Below are positions 1 through 10,860 of a stretch of DNA of 64,000 nt, piece after piece (the stretch's first letter is position 1; every line of letters begins with the position of its first letter). The notes beneath the pieces are model-generated. The model had not been told where the DNA came from and made no database searches. It worked only from the letters and a program-made list of their open reading frames with translations. A program made the translations under genes and the position numbers. This stretch comes from Methanocaldococcus sp. 16A (lineage in GTDB: Archaea > AGJL01 > Methanococci > Methanococcales > Methanocaldococcaceae): NCBI GenBank assembly GCA_049860595.1, contig CP187551.1, one strand, 5' to 3'.

Positions 1-182
1 ACAAATCTTCAGGATACATAGATAAGTTAAATAATTCATTATAATCAAACTTGTAGATTGACTGAAGTTTATAGTTTAAAAAATAGAAAAGTATATATAA
101 TCTCACATCTAAAATTGGTTATGTAGGTTATATTGTTGGTAATTATAATATTGTCTAAAAAAGCCAACTAAAGGTGATTATA

Positions 183-407
183 ATGAAACTCTTAAAGAAA
201 TTATTATCAAATAAAGGACAGTTATCAATGGAAGTTGGAATTTTAGTTGCTGCGGCTGTATTAGTCGCGATAATTGCAGGATACTACTATATAAGTAATG
301 CAAAGAAAGCTGCAGAGAGTTCTGGACAGCAAGCGGAAAGTTTTGTAGGAAATACTAGTAATTATGCTACTAAAACCTTAGAGAATTTAAGCGACACACT
401 TTCATAA
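183..407 (+). CDS. Class III signal peptide-containing pilin-like protein
   Basis: KGQLSME prepilin cleavage motif followed by a hydrophobic helix; GGTGA RBS before ATG 183. Confidence 0.85.
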   Translation: MKLLKKLLSNKGQLSMEVGILVAAAVLVAIIAGYYYISNAKKAAESSGQQAESFVGNTSNYATKTLENLSDTLS

Positions 408-561
408 ATCCATACTTGGCTATCAATAATTTCTATTTTTTTATTTAAAGTTAATCCAAATAGTTAAATTTATATATAAAAACATAAAATTTAAAAAAGG
501 TTTTAAATGTTTTATAGTTCGAATACAATCTTTTTAATATTACACTAAATTGGTGAAAGTG

Positions 562-1164
562 ATGATTCTAAGTGATAAGGATATACTTAAATTAATAAAA
601 GATAACAAATTAACAATAGAGCCATTTAACAAAGAGTTTTTAGGTCCTTCATCCTACGATGTAACCTTGGGAGATGAATTTATAATTTATAACGACGAAG
701 TTTATGATTTATCAAAACAACTGAATTACAAAAGAATAAAAATAAATAAATCTATTTTAGTTTGTCCGCTAAATTACAACTTAAGTGAGGAAAAAATTAA
801 TTATTTCAAAGAAAAGTATAATGTAGATTATGTTGTTAAGGGAGGAGTTTTAGGAACTACCAATGAATACATAGAGCTTCCAAAGGATATTACTTCTTTT
901 TATCAAGGTAGAAGTAGTTTGGGAAGGGTATTTTTAACTTCTCACCAAACAGCAGGATTTATTGATGCAGGCTTTAAAGGAAAGATTACCTTAGAAATTG
1001 TTGCTCATGATAAACCAGTTATATTATATCCAAACATGAGAATTGGACAGTTAATATTTTTTAAATTAAACTCTCCTGCTGAAATAGGATATTGTGAAAA
1101 AAAGACATCAAAATATGCATACCAAAAAAGTGTTATGCCTTCACTAATTCATAAGGACTTTTAA
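562..1164 (+). CDS. dcd: dCTP deaminase (bifunctional DCD-DUT type)
   Basis: MILSDKDI start, GRSSLGR and AGFIDAGFKGKITLEI motifs. Confidence 0.92.
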   Translation: MILSDKDILKLIKDNKLTIEPFNKEFLGPSSYDVTLGDEFIIYNDEVYDLSKQLNYKRIKINKSILVCPLNYNLSEEKINYFKEKYNVDYVVKGGVLGTTNEYIELPKDITSFYQGRSSLGRVFLTSHQTAGFIDAGFKGKITLEIVAHDKPVILYPNMRIGQLIFFKLNSPAEIGYCEKKTSKYAYQKSVMPSLIHKDF

Positions 1165-1258
1165 TAGGACTTTCGCAGGAATAAATTTTTTATTAAATCA
1201 TAGATACCTAAAGGTGTCAAAGTTCCTTATTTAATATATAAACTGCGAAAGTCCTATT
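1163..1258. repeat. Palindromic MITE-like element, family A
   Basis: Perfect terminal IR AATAGGACTTTCGCAG/CTGCGAAAGTCCTATT; central hairpin GATACC-TAAA-GGTGTC. Confidence 0.9.
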
Positions 1259-1289
1259 TTAAAAAATAAAAATTGTTAAAAATAAATAT

Positions 1290-2480
1290 TTATTCTTTTT
1301 TATTTTTTACCATCTCATACAACATTGCCTGCAATCCATGATATTTAACCATTCCTGCAAGTTCATTTTGGTCAATCTCCTTTTCATCAAATGAAACCAT
1401 CTCTTTGCTATACAATGCATAAGGGCTATCTCTACCAACAACTCTTGCAGTACCTCCAAATAATTTAACTTTTACAGTTCCAGTAACTCTTTCTTGAGTT
1501 TTGTCTATAAATGCATCTAAATCCTCTCTTAATGGGTCAAACCACAATCCTTTATAAATCAATTCTCCATATAAGCTATCAACTATCTCTTTAAATCTAA
1601 GTTCATCTCTTGTTAAAACTAACTGCTCTAAAGCTTTGTGAGCTGTTAATAATAAAACAGCCCCTGGACATTCGTAGTTTTCTCTTGATTTTAATCCAAT
1701 AATTCTATCTTCCATAATATCTATTCTTCCAACTCCATGCTTACCTGCAATTTCATTAGCTTTCTTTATCAACTCAACAGGTTCTAATTTCTCCCCATTT
1801 ATGGCTATTGGAATTCCTTCTTTAAATTCAATCTCAACAATCTCTTCTTCTTTATCTTCTACTGGGTTTTTAGTCCATGCATATATCTCTTCTGGTGGAA
1901 CAAAGTCAGGATTTTCTAACTCGCTACCTTCAATACTTCTTCCCCATAAGTTTTCGTCTATACTATATTTTTTACTTTCTGTTGGGATTGGAATTCCTTT
2001 TTCTTTTGCATACTCAATTTCTTCAACTCTTGTTAAGTTTAAATCTCTGATAGGAGCTATAATCTTTAAGTGAGGAGCCTTAATTCTTATGGTTGTTTCA
2101 AATCTGAATTGGTCGTTTCCTTTTCCAGTGCATCCATGAGCTACTGCCTCGGCATTCTCTTTTAAAGCAACTTCTACAACTTTGTAAGCTATTAGAGGTC
2201 TTGCCAATGCTGTTGATAATGGATAACCTTCATAAACTGCATTCGCTTTTATAGCTCTAAATATGTAATCTTTAACAAACTCTTCCTTAGCATCTATTGT
2301 ATAGTGCTTTAAAACTCCAAGTTTTTTAGCTTTCTCTTCAACCTCCTTTATTTCTTCTTCTGGCTGTCCAACATCTACACAGACTGAAACTACCTTATAT
2401 CCATACTTATCTTCCAATAACTTTAAACAACAGCTTGTATCTAATCCTCCAGAGTAGGCTAAAACTGCAATTTTTTCCAT
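1290..2480 (-). CDS. argG: Argininosuccinate synthase
   Basis: [29 protein letters not shown] motifs. Confidence 0.97.
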   Translation of the reverse strand: MEKIAVLAYSGGLDTSCCLKLLEDKYGYKVVSVCVDVGQPEEEIKEVEEKAKKLGVLKHYTIDAKEEFVKDYIFRAIKANAVYEGYPLSTALARPLIAYKVVEVALKENAEAVAHGCTGKGNDQFRFETTIRIKAPHLKIIAPIRDLNLTRVEEIEYAKEKGIPIPTESKKYSIDENLWGRSIEGSELENPDFVPPEEIYAWTKNPVEDKEEEIVEIEFKEGIPIAINGEKLEPVELIKKANEIAGKHGVGRIDIMEDRIIGLKSRENYECPGAVLLLTAHKALEQLVLTRDELRFKEIVDSLYGELIYKGLWFDPLREDLDAFIDKTQERVTGTVKVKLFGGTARVVGRDSPYALYSKEMVSFDEKEIDQNELAGMVKYHGLQAMLYEMVKNKKE

Positions 2481-2617
2481 AACAATCCCTCACAAAATAT
2501 TTTTTATAATTATTTCTAATTATTTTTTTATATTACTGTGAAGATAACTATAACCAAAGGTTTTATTTAAGGTTTTATGTATAGTATAAATAATCTAAAA
2601 CACTAAATTGGGATATA

Positions 2618-3895
2618 ATGGTAAAGAAAAATGGTAATGGAAAAAGAATATGTGTAATTGGATTAGGTTACATTGGATTACCTACAGCTTCAATGTTAGC
2701 AATACATGGATTTGATGTTATAGGTGTAGATATTAATGGAAAAAGAGTAAAAGAGATTAAAGAATTAAGCTTTAAAACTACAGAGAAGGATTTAATGACA
2801 TTAGTTAAGGGAGCAATAAACTCTGGAAATTTAAAAGTGCAAACAAAACCAGATAAAGCAGATATTTATATTATTTGTGTGCCTACTCCTTGCATAGAGT
2901 GTGATGGAGAGAAAAAATGTGATTTAAGTTATTTGCATAAAGCAATTGAAAACATAAAGCCCTATCTTGAGGATGGAAATCTAATTATTATAGAGAGTAC
3001 AATTCCCCCAGGAACTACTGATGATATTTATAAAAATTTATCAAAAGATAAAAAAATTTATTTAGCTCACTGCCCAGAAAGAGTTTTACCTGGAAATATT
3101 TTAAAAGAATTGGTTGAAAACGACAGAGTTATTGGAGGAGTTGATGAAAAATCTGCTGAGATGGCAAAAGAGATTTACGAAACCTTTGTTACTGGAAAGA
3201 TATATTTAACAGATGCCAAAACAGCAGAAATGGTTAAGTTAATGGAAAATACCTATAGAGATGTTAATATTGCCTTAGCTAACGAATTTGCAAAAATTGC
3301 AGAGGAAATTGGCATTGATGTTTGGGAAGCAATTAGCTTAGCTAATAAACATCCAAGAGTTAATATTTTAAAACCTGGTCCTGGAGTTGGAGGGCATTGT
3401 ATAAGCATAGACCCATGGTTTATTGTAGAGAAATCAAAAAATGCTATGCTTATAAGAACTGCAAGAGAGTTAAATGACTCCATGCCATTATTTGTTGTTG
3501 AGAAGATTAAAAAAATAATAAAAAAAGATACTGGAAAAGTGGCAATATTTGGAGTAACATATAAAGGAAATGTAGATGATACAAGGGAAAGTCCTGCTGA
3601 AAAGGTTGTCAAAAAATTAATTGAAGATGGTTTTGAAGTTAAATGCTATGATAATTATGCAAAGAATTTTGTATTTCCATTATATAGCTTAGATGAAGCT
3701 GTTGATAAAGCTGACATTATTGTTGTGTTGGCAGACCACAATGAATACAAAGATTTTAATGAAAAAGATATAAAAAATATTGCTTCAAAAGTAAGAAATA
3801 AAATAATTTTTGATACAAAAAATATAATAAATAGGGCAGCTTGGGAAAAAGAAGGATTTAAAGTTTATGTCTTAGGTGATGGAAAGAATGCATAA
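2618..3895 (+). CDS. wecC: UDP-N-acetyl-D-mannosamine dehydrogenase
   Basis: GLGYIGLP Rossmann motif, [17 protein letters not shown]. Confidence 0.9.
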   Translation: MVKKNGNGKRICVIGLGYIGLPTASMLAIHGFDVIGVDINGKRVKEIKELSFKTTEKDLMTLVKGAINSGNLKVQTKPDKADIYIICVPTPCIECDGEKKCDLSYLHKAIENIKPYLEDGNLIIIESTIPPGTTDDIYKNLSKDKKIYLAHCPERVLPGNILKELVENDRVIGGVDEKSAEMAKEIYETFVTGKIYLTDAKTAEMVKLMENTYRDVNIALANEFAKIAEEIGIDVWEAISLANKHPRVNILKPGPGVGGHCISIDPWFIVEKSKNAMLIRTARELNDSMPLFVVEKIKKIIKKDTGKVAIFGVTYKGNVDDTRESPAEKVVKKLIEDGFEVKCYDNYAKNFVFPLYSLDEAVDKADIIVVLADHNEYKDFNEKDIKNIASKVRNKIIFDTKNIINRAAWEKEGFKVYVLGDGKNA

Positions 3896-4358
3896 CCTAA
3901 ACAATACATACTTAAAAGAATGTATTCATTTTTTAGATAGTTGTATAAATGCATTAAAAGAATTTGATTTGAGAACTTTTGTGTCAAGATTTTATTATGG
4001 AATGTTGTATTTATTGAATGCTTTTGAGTTTTATATTAGAGAAAATATAGAAGATTGGCATAATAAAGAGAGATATGCAAATTTCAACAAAAAGATTAAA
4101 AACTTTTTGATGGATTTAAAGCTTTATAGGCATGCGTCTGATTATATTTTGTCTCCAAGGTTAGAGCATGGAAAGCATTATGAGGAGCATTGGGAAGAAT
4201 TTAAGGAGAGCTATCTAAAATTAAAATTCTTTCACTATTTGCATATAATAAGGCAAGAACTGTATAGCTATAAAGAAAATCAACTTATAGCAATCATTAT
4301 TGAAAAGCTTGAAATTATTGAAAAACTCTTAAAGCTTTATATAATGTTAGAGGAATGA
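3876..4358 (+). CDS. Hypothetical protein, HEPN-like
   Basis: SRFYYG and RHASDY resemble HEPN (UPF0332-type) motifs. Confidence 0.5.
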   Translation: MMERMHNLNNTYLKECIHFLDSCINALKEFDLRTFVSRFYYGMLYLLNAFEFYIRENIEDWHNKERYANFNKKIKNFLMDLKLYRHASDYILSPRLEHGKHYEEHWEEFKESYLKLKFFHYLHIIRQELYSYKENQLIAIIIEKLEIIEKLLKLYIMLEE

Positions 4359-4894
4359 ATATGAAGAATCTAATAAAAATATTAAAGCAATTTGGCATTT
4401 ATAATGAATACTTAAAAATTTTAGATATGGAACTTGACGGAGATAGATATATAACAATTTTAACACCAATAACTTTAAATTGGATTGAGGAGGAGGAAAT
4501 TGAGGAAGCATTAGAAGAGATATTAAAAAATGTAAGAGTTAAGATTTCAAGACTGCCTTTAAACAAGTTCATTAAAATTTACTTAGAGAAGAATGTTAAA
4601 AATAAAGCTTATGGAGATAAGATAGAGAATATTAACATTGAAGGAGAAAACTATGTATTATATATTGATTGGAAGAATAAAAAGATAGCTATCCACAAAT
4701 TTAATGGAAAAAATCCTATAAAAGAGAGTTGCAAGCTCTCATCCAATTGGGAAACGATGTGGGGAATTTGGGTTTTAGGATTTGAAAGTAAAGAAAAAGC
4801 TAAGGAATTTGCTGAAAATCTTGCAGATGAAATCTATAAATATTATGAAATCGATTTTGATATTGAGGAACATAAAAGATGCCTGAAAGATTAA
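4355..4894 (+). CDS. Hypothetical protein
   Basis: 179 aa ORF, ATGA overlap with upstream gene, typical composition. Confidence 0.7.
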   Translation: MNMKNLIKILKQFGIYNEYLKILDMELDGDRYITILTPITLNWIEEEEIEEALEEILKNVRVKISRLPLNKFIKIYLEKNVKNKAYGDKIENINIEGENYVLYIDWKNKKIAIHKFNGKNPIKESCKLSSNWETMWGIWVLGFESKEKAKEFAENLADEIYKYYEIDFDIEEHKRCLKD

Positions 4895-4942
4895 TCTCGA
4901 TTATGTGGGATAGTTAAGCCAAATGTCCAATATTATTATGAG

Positions 4943-5005
4943 GCATTGCCGAGCGTTAGCGAGGCAATGCATCCTGGGTATACCAATAGGGCGAAGCCCT
5001 ATGGT
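4943..5005. repeat. GC-rich double-hairpin repeat, family C
   Basis: GCATTGCC-GAGC-GTTA-GCGA-GGCAATGC plus TAGGGC-GAA-GCCCTA; near-identical copy at 23528-23590. Confidence 0.85.
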
Positions 5006-5028
5006 TTTAAAAGTTTCTTGGTGATAGA

Positions 5029-5853
5029 ATGATTAAAGTAGCTGTTACCGGAGCTTTGGGTAGAATGGGAAGTAATATAATTAAAACCATAACTCAACAA
5101 GATGATATGAAAGTGGTTTGTGCATTTGAAATACCAAATCATCCAAAAAAAGGAGAGGATGTTGGTGAATTAATAGGCATTGGTAAAATTGGCGTTCCAT
5201 TATCAACTGCAGATGAGTTAGATAAAGTTTTAAAAGAAACTAAGCCAGATGTATTGGTTGATTTTACCATAGCTCATGCATGTGTTGAAAATGTTAAAAT
5301 AGCTGCTAAAAATGGTGTTAATTTAGTTATTGGAACTACTGGCTTTACAGAAGAGCAAAAGGCGGAGATTGAAAAAGCTATTGAAGATAATAAAGTTGCA
5401 GCAGTAATATCTCAAAATTTTGCGATTGGTGTTAATATATTCTTTAAAACTTTAGAGTTTTTAGCTAAAAAGCTTGGACATTATGATATTGAGATTATAG
5501 AGATGCATCATAGGTATAAAAAGGATGCTCCTTCTGGAACCGCTTTAAGAGCTGCTGAGATTATAAAAGCTAATAGGGAAATTGATAGTGTCTTTGTCTT
5601 TGGTAGAAAAGGAATGACTGGAGAAAGAAAGAAAGAAGAGATTGGAATACATGCACTAAGAGGAGGAGATATTGTAGGAGACCACACCGTTATATTCGCT
5701 GGAGATGGAGAAAGAATTGAGCTCACTCACAGTGCAAGTAGTAGGCAGGCATTTGTTAATGGAGTTATATTAGCTATAAGATTTATTGCTAACAAAAAAG
5801 AAGGTATTTATAATACATTTGATGTTTTAGGATTGAATGATATTAAGTTTTAA
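5029..5853 (+). CDS. dapB: 4-hydroxy-tetrahydrodipicolinate reductase
   Basis: GALGRMG and EMHHRYKKDAPSGTA signature. Confidence 0.96.
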   Translation: MIKVAVTGALGRMGSNIIKTITQQDDMKVVCAFEIPNHPKKGEDVGELIGIGKIGVPLSTADELDKVLKETKPDVLVDFTIAHACVENVKIAAKNGVNLVIGTTGFTEEQKAEIEKAIEDNKVAAVISQNFAIGVNIFFKTLEFLAKKLGHYDIEIIEMHHRYKKDAPSGTALRAAEIIKANREIDSVFVFGRKGMTGERKKEEIGIHALRGGDIVGDHTVIFAGDGERIELTHSASSRQAFVNGVILAIRFIANKKEGIYNTFDVLGLNDIKF

Positions 5854-5903
5854 AAGCAAAAATTTTAAATAAGATAAAAATTGATTAATAAAACGCTATT
5901 TTA

Positions 5904-5964
5904 ACCCTACCTCAAAGTAGGTAGGGTGTATATGCATACCGCACCCCATAGTGGGTGCGGTGTA
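5904..5964. other. Twin 9-bp GC-rich hairpins with CAWAGT loops between convergent genes
   Basis: ACCCTACCT-CAAAGT-AGGTAGGGT-GTA and ACCGCACCC-CATAGT-GGGTGCGGT-GTA. Confidence 0.75.
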
Positions 5965-5994
5965 ATCTATTAATATTAAATTTAAAGACCAAAT

Positions 5995-7110
5995 TTATTC
6001 ATCATTTGAGTTAGATTCTGTTTTTTCTTCATAATTATTTGTATTATTATTCTCTCCTGTCTCCTCTTCTAAGTCCTCATCAACTTCACTATAAACTCCC
6101 CACAGTGCTATTAAAGCAGCAGGAATGGCATGTTCAGTAGCAAATGTCATGTGTGGTGCTAAATCTATTACATAATCTGCAAATCTAAATAATCCTCTTG
6201 GAATTCCTTCTCTTGAACCACAAAATACAATAATTTCCCTCTTTCCTCTTAAATCTTTTGCTAATTTATCTTTAATTTTTGATAATTCATCCCCTTTTGG
6301 GTCGGTAATTATTAGCAACCTATTATTTCTCCTCTTATCTCTAACAACCTGATATAAATCTTGAACAGTTACAGGAACTAATTTAATCTCAAAAGGATAA
6401 GCTCTTTTTTGTATTTCATATCTTGAATGCTGTCCTATCTTAACTCCTCTAATAAATTCCATCAACTCATAAGCATCTACTTTTTCTTTTGGAGATATAA
6501 TTAACTCTTTAACTTCAAATCCCTGAGCAGCTCTTCCAATAGCTTCTCCAAATCTCCTACATACAATTTTCTCTCCTAAATAAGGCATCTGCACAATAAC
6601 AATTTTTTTAAATAATCTTCTTGCATCTTTTTTCTCTTTTGTGTATTTTTTATACTTCTCTCCTGGAGTTATTGATACATAAGTTTTATGTTTAAATACT
6701 TCAACATGAACAACCTTATCTGGATTGTTTAAATCAACTGAAGCGTTTGTTAAATCTTTAATCTTAGCTCCCAACACAATGTTTATATCTGTTGAGCTAA
6801 AATCATGTTTCCCTCTTTTTTTAGTTTCTACTGCAAAAGTTTCATCCTCTTTTATATAATCTTTAATTTTCTCAGCTAAATTAACTATTTTGTCAAAATC
6901 TGTCTCTGTTTCAAAATAAATCTTCAAAACTCTCTCAACTTCAGGAATTTGTAAAATTTTATCTTCTATATCTTCATCACTCTCAACTATAACAATCCCA
7001 TGAAAACCATCAGGAGAAACTATATAATTAAAATCTTTAACAATTTCTTTTAAATTATTCACAACGATGTTTTCAAAACCTCTTTGAGTTTTTATAATGT
7101 ATTTCTCCAT
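5995..7110 (-). CDS. THUMP + SPOUT putative RNA methyltransferase
   Basis: N-terminal THUMP (FAVETKKRG...VDLNNPD), C-terminal SPOUT knot (GSREGIP...VIDLAP...ATEHA). Confidence 0.85.
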   Translation of the reverse strand: MEKYIIKTQRGFENIVVNNLKEIVKDFNYIVSPDGFHGIVIVESDEDIEDKILQIPEVERVLKIYFETETDFDKIVNLAEKIKDYIKEDETFAVETKKRGKHDFSSTDINIVLGAKIKDLTNASVDLNNPDKVVHVEVFKHKTYVSITPGEKYKKYTKEKKDARRLFKKIVIVQMPYLGEKIVCRRFGEAIGRAAQGFEVKELIISPKEKVDAYELMEFIRGVKIGQHSRYEIQKRAYPFEIKLVPVTVQDLYQVVRDKRRNNRLLIITDPKGDELSKIKDKLAKDLRGKREIIVFCGSREGIPRGLFRFADYVIDLAPHMTFATEHAIPAALIALWGVYSEVDEDLEEETGENNNTNNYEEKTESNSNDE

Positions 7111-7111
7111 A

Positions 7112-8236
7112 TTATCCCTCTTTAGTTAATTTTAATCTTGCATTTACATAGAATAACAAAGTTAAAACTACTAAAAACCCATAATTTATACCTATTTCAC
7201 AATAAGCTAATAATAAAGAGGCATATATTGCATAGAGCTTTTTATCCCCTTCATATATAAATTTTGATACAACTCCTAACAATATAGCAAATAAAATCCC
7301 AAAAATCCCAAAATCAAGATATATCGTCCCAAATAACGTTGTTGTAATATTATGTTTATAATTAAACAACAACTCTCCAATAAGCTGCTCTCCATTAGGA
7401 ATTAAAGTAATTTTTCCTAAAGTTAATATATTGCTTTCAATAATTTTGCTAAGAACATACAAATCAAAATAAGCTCTATAACATAAAAGCTCTATTGGAT
7501 TTAATTTCCAACTTTGGTTAGAAGATAATAAAACGATTTTTCCCATAACCCCTAAAAATATTAATATTCCAAATGCTAATAAAACCATATATTTAAATGA
7601 AATATTTCTATATTTATATACAATATAAGCAATAAAGAGCATTAAAACTCCAACTTTATAGCCCAATAATACTAAAATTACAAACGCAATTATAAAATAA
7701 ACTTTATTATCAATGCCCCCATAAATTAAACCTCCCATGGATATTAATCTTAAAGGTTCTGAACTGATAGCCATTCTTACCTCATAATTAAATAGAGGAA
7801 TAGCTTTATAAATCAAAACTATTAAAAGAAATGCAATAATTCCAATAGCAAATAAAAAATCAGAGAATATCTTTTTTTTATAAAATCTTATAAAAATTTC
7901 TGCAACTATAAGAATAAAGAGTAAATAAATTGTTGATAATAACAAAGAATGTGTAATTTTAAAAGCCCCAAATATTGATAAAAAAGATAGCAGAAGAAAT
8001 GAGGTATATAAAAGATACTTATTAAATTTAATTTGCATAGAAAAAAGAAATGGCAAAGAAAACCCTGCAATAAAAATTGATAAAACTCCTAAAATTTTAA
8101 GCAAAGAATATAATCCAATATCATCTAAATATGGAATTGCCAAAATAAAAATTATCAAATGCCCAATTATAACAATAGATACTGGATGATACAAATCTAT
8201 CTTTTTAATTTTCTCAATAATATTGCATATATGCAT
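7112..8236 (-). CDS. Polytopic membrane protein, oligosaccharide repeat unit polymerase (Wzy)-like
   Basis: About 10 TM segments; LLGYK and TxFGxIYLDFGIFG motifs. Confidence 0.65.
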   Translation of the reverse strand: MHICNIIEKIKKIDLYHPVSIVIIGHLIIFILAIPYLDDIGLYSLLKILGVLSIFIAGFSLPFLFSMQIKFNKYLLYTSFLLLSFLSIFGAFKITHSLLLSTIYLLFILIVAEIFIRFYKKKIFSDFLFAIGIIAFLLIVLIYKAIPLFNYEVRMAISSEPLRLISMGGLIYGGIDNKVYFIIAFVILVLLGYKVGVLMLFIAYIVYKYRNISFKYMVLLAFGILIFLGVMGKIVLLSSNQSWKLNPIELLCYRAYFDLYVLSKIIESNILTLGKITLIPNGEQLIGELLFNYKHNITTTLFGTIYLDFGIFGILFAILLGVVSKFIYEGDKKLYAIYASLLLAYCEIGINYGFLVVLTLLFYVNARLKLTKEG

Positions 8237-9267
8237 AGTATCAACCCAAAGAAGTAATAGAGAATTACATCTAAATCTAAGATTCCACTTTCAATCCCTA
8301 TTAATGTATAAGCAAATAATATACCATAAATTCCTAAATAAATTCCTCCTAACTCTTTTGCTAATTTATAGAAAAATCCCAAAAATATTCCCAATATTCC
8401 AAAGTATGGAACTATTCCCAAAATCCCATAATCTCCAACAACAGCTCCAACCATAGTTGGAGTTATACTAACTCCAGATATTCCTAAAATCTTGGCTATA
8501 ACAACTCTTGCCCCATTACTCATTCCTAAGTAAGAGAATATGGCTGCATAGTGAATATAACCATTAAACATTCCATTAAAGTTATTGAATATTATATCAT
8601 AGACACTCATAGTTAGTGCTATCCTTGATGTGATTGGATTTCCTTCAACCCCCAAAACATACAATCTCAATATTGACAATCCCAACAAAAAAACAAAAAT
8701 AAGGAGCCCATATTTTAAAATTTCTCTATTGGTTATTTTATTTTTATAATATAAGACTACACCAACTGAAATTAACAAAACTAATACATTTGTCCTATAT
8801 CCAAGAAGCATAATTAGCATTGAAAATATAATTGTATATAATAAGATTTTTTTCTTGTCCATGTTAGAAGAAGCTACTACTATTGCCCAACCTACTAAAA
8901 AGAGATGAGATAATGTTGTAAAATATACATTTAAAAATTTTCTTGATAACGGGTTAAATAAAGGAACATCTTTTACCCAAATTAAATCAGAGACTATTGC
9001 TATCAATCCAATCATCATTAAAAAAATTCCAAAGTTATAATGCTTTTTTACGTTTATTTTTAAATTTTCCTTGTTTATGTCAATTAAATAATACAATCTC
9101 TTACCTACAATAAAAGATAAATAAAAAAATATTGCTGAAAATAAAAATACAATTGCTGAATTTATTGAAATGTTTGAAAATATTAAATAAATGCAAGATA
9201 ATATAACAAATATATGATGAAGTTCTATCTTTTTCATATTCATACTATCCCAATGTAATAATCTCAT
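8197..9267 (-). CDS. Second Wzy-like membrane protein, paralogue of neighbour
   Basis: Multi-TM; LLGYR and PTMVGAVVGDYGILG motifs. Confidence 0.65.
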   Translation of the reverse strand: MRLLHWDSMNMKKIELHHIFVILSCIYLIFSNISINSAIVFLFSAIFFYLSFIVGKRLYYLIDINKENLKINVKKHYNFGIFLMMIGLIAIVSDLIWVKDVPLFNPLSRKFLNVYFTTLSHLFLVGWAIVVASSNMDKKKILLYTIIFSMLIMLLGYRTNVLVLLISVGVVLYYKNKITNREILKYGLLIFVFLLGLSILRLYVLGVEGNPITSRIALTMSVYDIIFNNFNGMFNGYIHYAAIFSYLGMSNGARVVIAKILGISGVSITPTMVGAVVGDYGILGIVPYFGILGIFLGFFYKLAKELGGIYLGIYGILFAYTLIGIESGILDLDVILYYFFGLILCIYAILLRKLKR

Positions 9268-10018
9268 AATGTTCCTTTATTTTATTGGGTATTTCATCTA
9301 TTGAATTATTTACGACGACATAGATAGTTAATTTTGATGTTGTTATATTTGAAACTTTTATATATTTATCAAGATTTTTTAAGGTATTTAAGGAAATTTT
9401 TCCATTAAATATAACACCATACTCAACAAAATATATGTTCATTCCTTTTTTGATGTCTACATCAAGATTATTTATTATTTTTTGTCTCTCAGATGGCGTA
9501 TAGGTTTTTGAATCAGCTCCAATACTCCCCTCAATGATAACATCAACAACTTTTAGCTCTTTAAAGTTTTTTGTTGTATTTTCTATATTGTTTGCAATAT
9601 CTTTAAAAGAGCTCCCCTCAATTGGGTCTAATTCATATTTTATTATTGATTTTCCTATTGGATGTAAAATTATTTTTTTTGCAGCTATATCTTCCTGATA
9701 AGCCAATTCCCCACCAATAGTTATTGGCGTTCCATTATATAGTGCATATAAAGTTCCACCTTTTGCATCGTATATCTCAACAGTTCCATTAAAAGGTTTT
9801 TTAGAGGATGTCCATTTTCCAATGACAGTGGCGTTTAAAGGAAAATTTCTATTCAAAATTTTCTCACATAGCCATGCACATTTATACATCTGGTTTCCAT
9901 CAAACTCATAATCATTTCCATTACTACTATAAAATTTATATGCTAAAGATACAGAAGTTATTAGTATAGCTAATATAACAACTATTTCAAGTATACCAAT
10001 TTTTTTCATAATTATCAC
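9245..10018 (-). CDS. Membrane-anchored extracellular hypothetical protein
   Basis: MKK followed by a hydrophobic N-terminal helix; overlaps the Wzy-like gene. Confidence 0.7.
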   Translation of the reverse strand: MIIMKKIGILEIVVILAILITSVSLAYKFYSSNGNDYEFDGNQMYKCAWLCEKILNRNFPLNATVIGKWTSSKKPFNGTVEIYDAKGGTLYALYNGTPITIGGELAYQEDIAAKKIILHPIGKSIIKYELDPIEGSSFKDIANNIENTTKNFKELKVVDVIIEGSIGADSKTYTPSERQKIINNLDVDIKKGMNIYFVEYGVIFNGKISLNTLKNLDKYIKVSNITTSKLTIYVVVNNSIDEIPNKIKEHYEIITLG

Positions 10019-10130
10019 CAGATATCATAAAAGTATTAGTAATTTATGGTAGTAAAACTTAAATTAATATATTAAGTTAATGTATCTTAAAATCCTTAAA
10101 ATTTTTTATAAATAATATTTGGGGACTTCA

Positions 10131-10844
10131 ATGAAAGTAGATTTACATGTTCATTCCATAGTAAGTAAATGTTCTTTAAATCCAAAGAGGTTCTTAGAAA
10201 AATTTTGTATAAAGAGAAATATTATCCCAGCAATTTGTGACCATAATAAACTAACTAAACTAAATTTTGCAATACCTGGAGAAGAGATAGCAACAAATAG
10301 AGGGGAGTTTATTGGCTTATTTTTAAATGAAGAAATTCCTCCAAACTTAGATTTGTATGAGGCATTAGATAGAGTCAGAGAGCAAGGAGGTTTAATTTAT
10401 TTACCTCATCCATTTGATTTTACGAGGAAAAGAAGTTTAGCAAAATTTAATGTGTTAGAGGAGAAAGAATTTTTAAAATATGTGCATATTGTTGAGGTTT
10501 TTAATAGTAGATGTCGTAGTATAGAACCAAATTTAAAAGCTTTAGAGTATGCTGAAAAATATGATTTTACGATGGCTTTTGGAAGTGATGCACACTTTAT
10601 TTGGGAAGTTGGAAATGCATATATAAGATTTAGTGAGTTAAATGTAGAAAAACCTGATGATTTGTCACCAAGAGAGTTTTTAAATTTATTAGAAATAAAA
10701 ACTAAAGAGCTACTAAAGGCAAAATCTAACTTATTAAAGAATCCATGGAAAACAAGATGGCACTATGGTAAATTAGGGAGTAGATATAATATAGCAGTAT
10801 ACAGCAAAGTTATTAAAAAAGTTAGGAAAGCATTGAATATCTAA
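10131..10844 (+). CDS. PHP-family phosphoesterase
   Basis: DLHVHS, CDHN, PHPF, GSDAH motifs. Confidence 0.88.
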   Translation: MKVDLHVHSIVSKCSLNPKRFLEKFCIKRNIIPAICDHNKLTKLNFAIPGEEIATNRGEFIGLFLNEEIPPNLDLYEALDRVREQGGLIYLPHPFDFTRKRSLAKFNVLEEKEFLKYVHIVEVFNSRCRSIEPNLKALEYAEKYDFTMAFGSDAHFIWEVGNAYIRFSELNVEKPDDLSPREFLNLLEIKTKELLKAKSNLLKNPWKTRWHYGKLGSRYNIAVYSKVIKKVRKALNI

Positions 10845-10860
10845 AATTGTTTATGATGTA

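Noticed and set aside
5904-5964. SECIS interpretation of the GC-rich hairpins
   Set aside because: No GAA/A internal loop and no in-frame UGA selenoprotein candidate nearby
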